From Gammaproteobacteria bacterium (GTDB lineage Bacteria; Pseudomonadota; Gammaproteobacteria; GCA-001735895), in assembly GCA_050298595.1 (NCBI GenBank), contig JBNKUM010000108.1:1-51306 (forward strand): DNA of 51,306 bases. Direction: 5' to 3'. The notes beneath the pieces were generated by a model. The model ran no database searches, had not been told where the DNA came from, and saw only the letters and a program-made list of their open reading frames with translations. Positions 49,669 to 51,306 of the stretch are shown piece by piece. Numbering within the stretch: the stretch's first letter is position 1; each line of letters starts with the position of its first letter. A program made the position numbers and the translations under genes.

Positions 49669-50379
49669 ATGACTGATTTTGAAGGTTTTCCCCGCGACTG
49701 CATCCCTTTTCTGGAAGAGCTGGCCAGGAACAATAATCGGAACTGGTTCAATGACAACAAGCAGCGCTACGAATCTCTGGTACGTGAACCGGCGTTGATG
49801 TTTATTGAAGGCATGGCTGATGGACTTAAAAAAATCAGCCCCCACTTCACTGCTATCGCAAAAAAGAGTGGGGGATCATTAATGCGAATCTACCGAGATA
49901 CCCGCTTCTCTAAAGATAAAATACCGTACAAAACAAATATCGGTATCCAGTTTCGCCATGAGCTGGGTAAGAATGTACATGCCCCTGGTTTTTACGTACA
50001 TATTGCAGCGGATGAATGTTTTATCGGAGTCGGAATCTGGCACCCTGAATCAGATGCCTTGAAAGCAATCCGCGAATTCATTCTTGATAATCCCAGTTCA
50101 TGGAAAGATTCCAGGCAGTATCCCCCGTTTAAAAAGAACTTCGAAATGGCTGGCGATTCGCTGAAGCGACCTCCGCGCGGAATTCCGGCAGATCATGAAC
50201 TGATTGAAGATATCAAGCGTAAGGACTTCATTGCGCTGAAAAGCTTTGATGCAAAAAAAATCAATGAAAAAAAGTTTATCCAATTTGTTCTCAGCAGCTT
50301 TGATCAGGCTGATCCTTTTATGCATTACCTGTGTGATGCGGTAGAGGTGCAGTATCGGGAGGCCTCCTGTCTGAGGTAG
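49669..50379 (+). CDS. DUF2461 (TIGR02453-type) protein
   Basis: FLEELARNNNRNWF, MRIYRDTRFSKDKIPYKT, GFYVH, LKRPPRG. Confidence 0.88.
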   Translation: MTDFEGFPRDCIPFLEELARNNNRNWFNDNKQRYESLVREPALMFIEGMADGLKKISPHFTAIAKKSGGSLMRIYRDTRFSKDKIPYKTNIGIQFRHELGKNVHAPGFYVHIAADECFIGVGIWHPESDALKAIREFILDNPSSWKDSRQYPPFKKNFEMAGDSLKRPPRGIPADHELIEDIKRKDFIALKSFDAKKINEKKFIQFVLSSFDQADPFMHYLCDAVEVQYREASCLR

Positions 50380-50547
50380 TTTTTTTCAGAATCATATATT
50401 CATTACTGATCTCTCAAATGATTCAGTAGATAGATCTTGATAATACCCGAGGTATCCTGACTCTATTTTTTCGACAAACTATAAACGGAATCTGAAAAAA
50501 CTCACACTCTGCTAAAGGCCATATATGCCTCTTTATCCTAAGAGAAT

Positions 50548-50577
50548 CCGCCATAACTGATCCATCAGTAATGGCGG
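50548..50577. terminator. Hairpin between convergent genes
   Basis: CCGCCATAACTGAT-CC-ATCAGTAATGGCGG. Confidence 0.55.
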
Positions 50578-50609
50578 CTAAATAGCAAGGTTAGAATCTT
50601 GAGATTATC

Positions 50610-51306
50610 TCAGTTGATCACTTTGCTTACTTCTGGCGAATAAGCACTTTCAATATTCGAAGTATTATAGGCAGTCATAACGAAATACCAGTTCGCAGGT
50701 GCAAGATTTTCTATTAAATAACTGGCCAAACCCGGATTGGCAATCTCAACGCTTTCAGTGTAGTTTCCAGGCTGTGTTCCATAGTAAACCCTATATCCTG
50801 CCAGGTCGGCTAACATTGAACCATCGGTATTTTCAGTAGGCGGGGTCCATGATAACAGGGCTGTTCCTGTATTATTTAAAACCACCGTTACATTAACAGA
50901 GTCACTTGAAGAACCACCTGCGCCACTGCACTCCAGTACAAACTGACTATCAGCGGTGAGCTCATTGATTGTTTCTGAACCGGAACTCTCTTTAGTTCCA
51001 ATCCAGTCACCTGAAGCAGAACAGCTGATTGCATCAGTGCTGTTCCAGCTTAATGTGATTGCCCCACCCTGAGACACGTTGGTAGAAGACGCTGAAAGAG
51101 ACACTGTGGGTGCAGGGGCGGGTTGAACAGTTACACTCACTGACTCATATACGCTTCCACCATTACCGCTACAGGAAAGAGTGAAAACCTGGTCTTCAGT
51201 TAAGGCATTGAAAGTCTCACTGCCTGAAGTAGCTTTTGTTCCTGACCAGTCACCAGATGCTGTACAACTAGTTGCATTAGTGCTGCTCCAGTTTAATGTG
51301 GTTGAA
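50610..51306 (-). CDS. Secreted repeat protein, C-terminal part: tandem Cys-paired Ig-like repeats plus FN3-like domain (runs off the window end)
   Basis: Frame stays open upstream of 51140 to the window end (STTLNWSSTNATSCTASGDWSGTK...LSCSGNGGS), repeating TLSWNSTDAISCSASGDWIGTK...LECSGAGGS; C-terminal LSWTPPTENTDGS.LADLAGYRVYYG. Confidence 0.82.
   Translation of the reverse strand, partial: STTLNWSSTNATSCTASGDWSGTKATSGSETFNALTEDQVFTLSCSGNGGSVYESVSVTVQPAPAPTVSLSASSTNVSQGGAITLSWNSTDAISCSASGDWIGTKESSGSETINELTADSQFVLECSGAGGSSSDSVNVTVVLNNTGTALLSWTPPTENTDGSMLADLAGYRVYYGTQPGNYTESVEIANPGLASYLIENLAPANWYFVMTAYNTSNIESAYSPEVSKVIN

Overview
A 51.3 kb chromosomal window, probably from a marine gammaproteobacterium (inferred from gene content; not certain). 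The first 1.65 kb is a stack of nested mobile DNA: a partial IS110/IS1111-type transposase, the 5' part of a group IIC intron inserted in an attC site, several tiny dual-hairpin inserts inside the intron, and a TIR-bounded MITE in the attC GTT core. Next come dbpA, a malonyl-CoA synthetase / YiiD_C (MadB-like) hot-dog protein / TSUP transporter trio, a 7x Big_2 lipoprotein behind a perfect CRP-type box, and a plastic zone (cytochrome c, cassette-like OMP, MFS transporter, REP/MITE debris) followed by a PAS-GGDEF-EAL protein. The centre (17.8-41.1 kb) is a fructose-uptake to Entner-Doudoroff to glycogen supercluster: frcR | frcBCA-fructokinase, zwf-pgl-edd-pgi-eda-glgB-glgX-glgP-glgC-pgm-glgA. 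The right part holds a HugZ/HutZ-like gene, cytochrome b-DHC fusion + DHC, DUF2202, an OmpR/EnvZ-type pair, a degenerate ORF-less group II intron, a divergent N-acylornithine carbamoyltransferase, DUF2461 and the end of a repeat/FN3 surface protein. No rRNA, tRNA or CRISPR array was recognised. All calls are from reading motifs by eye; no searches were run.
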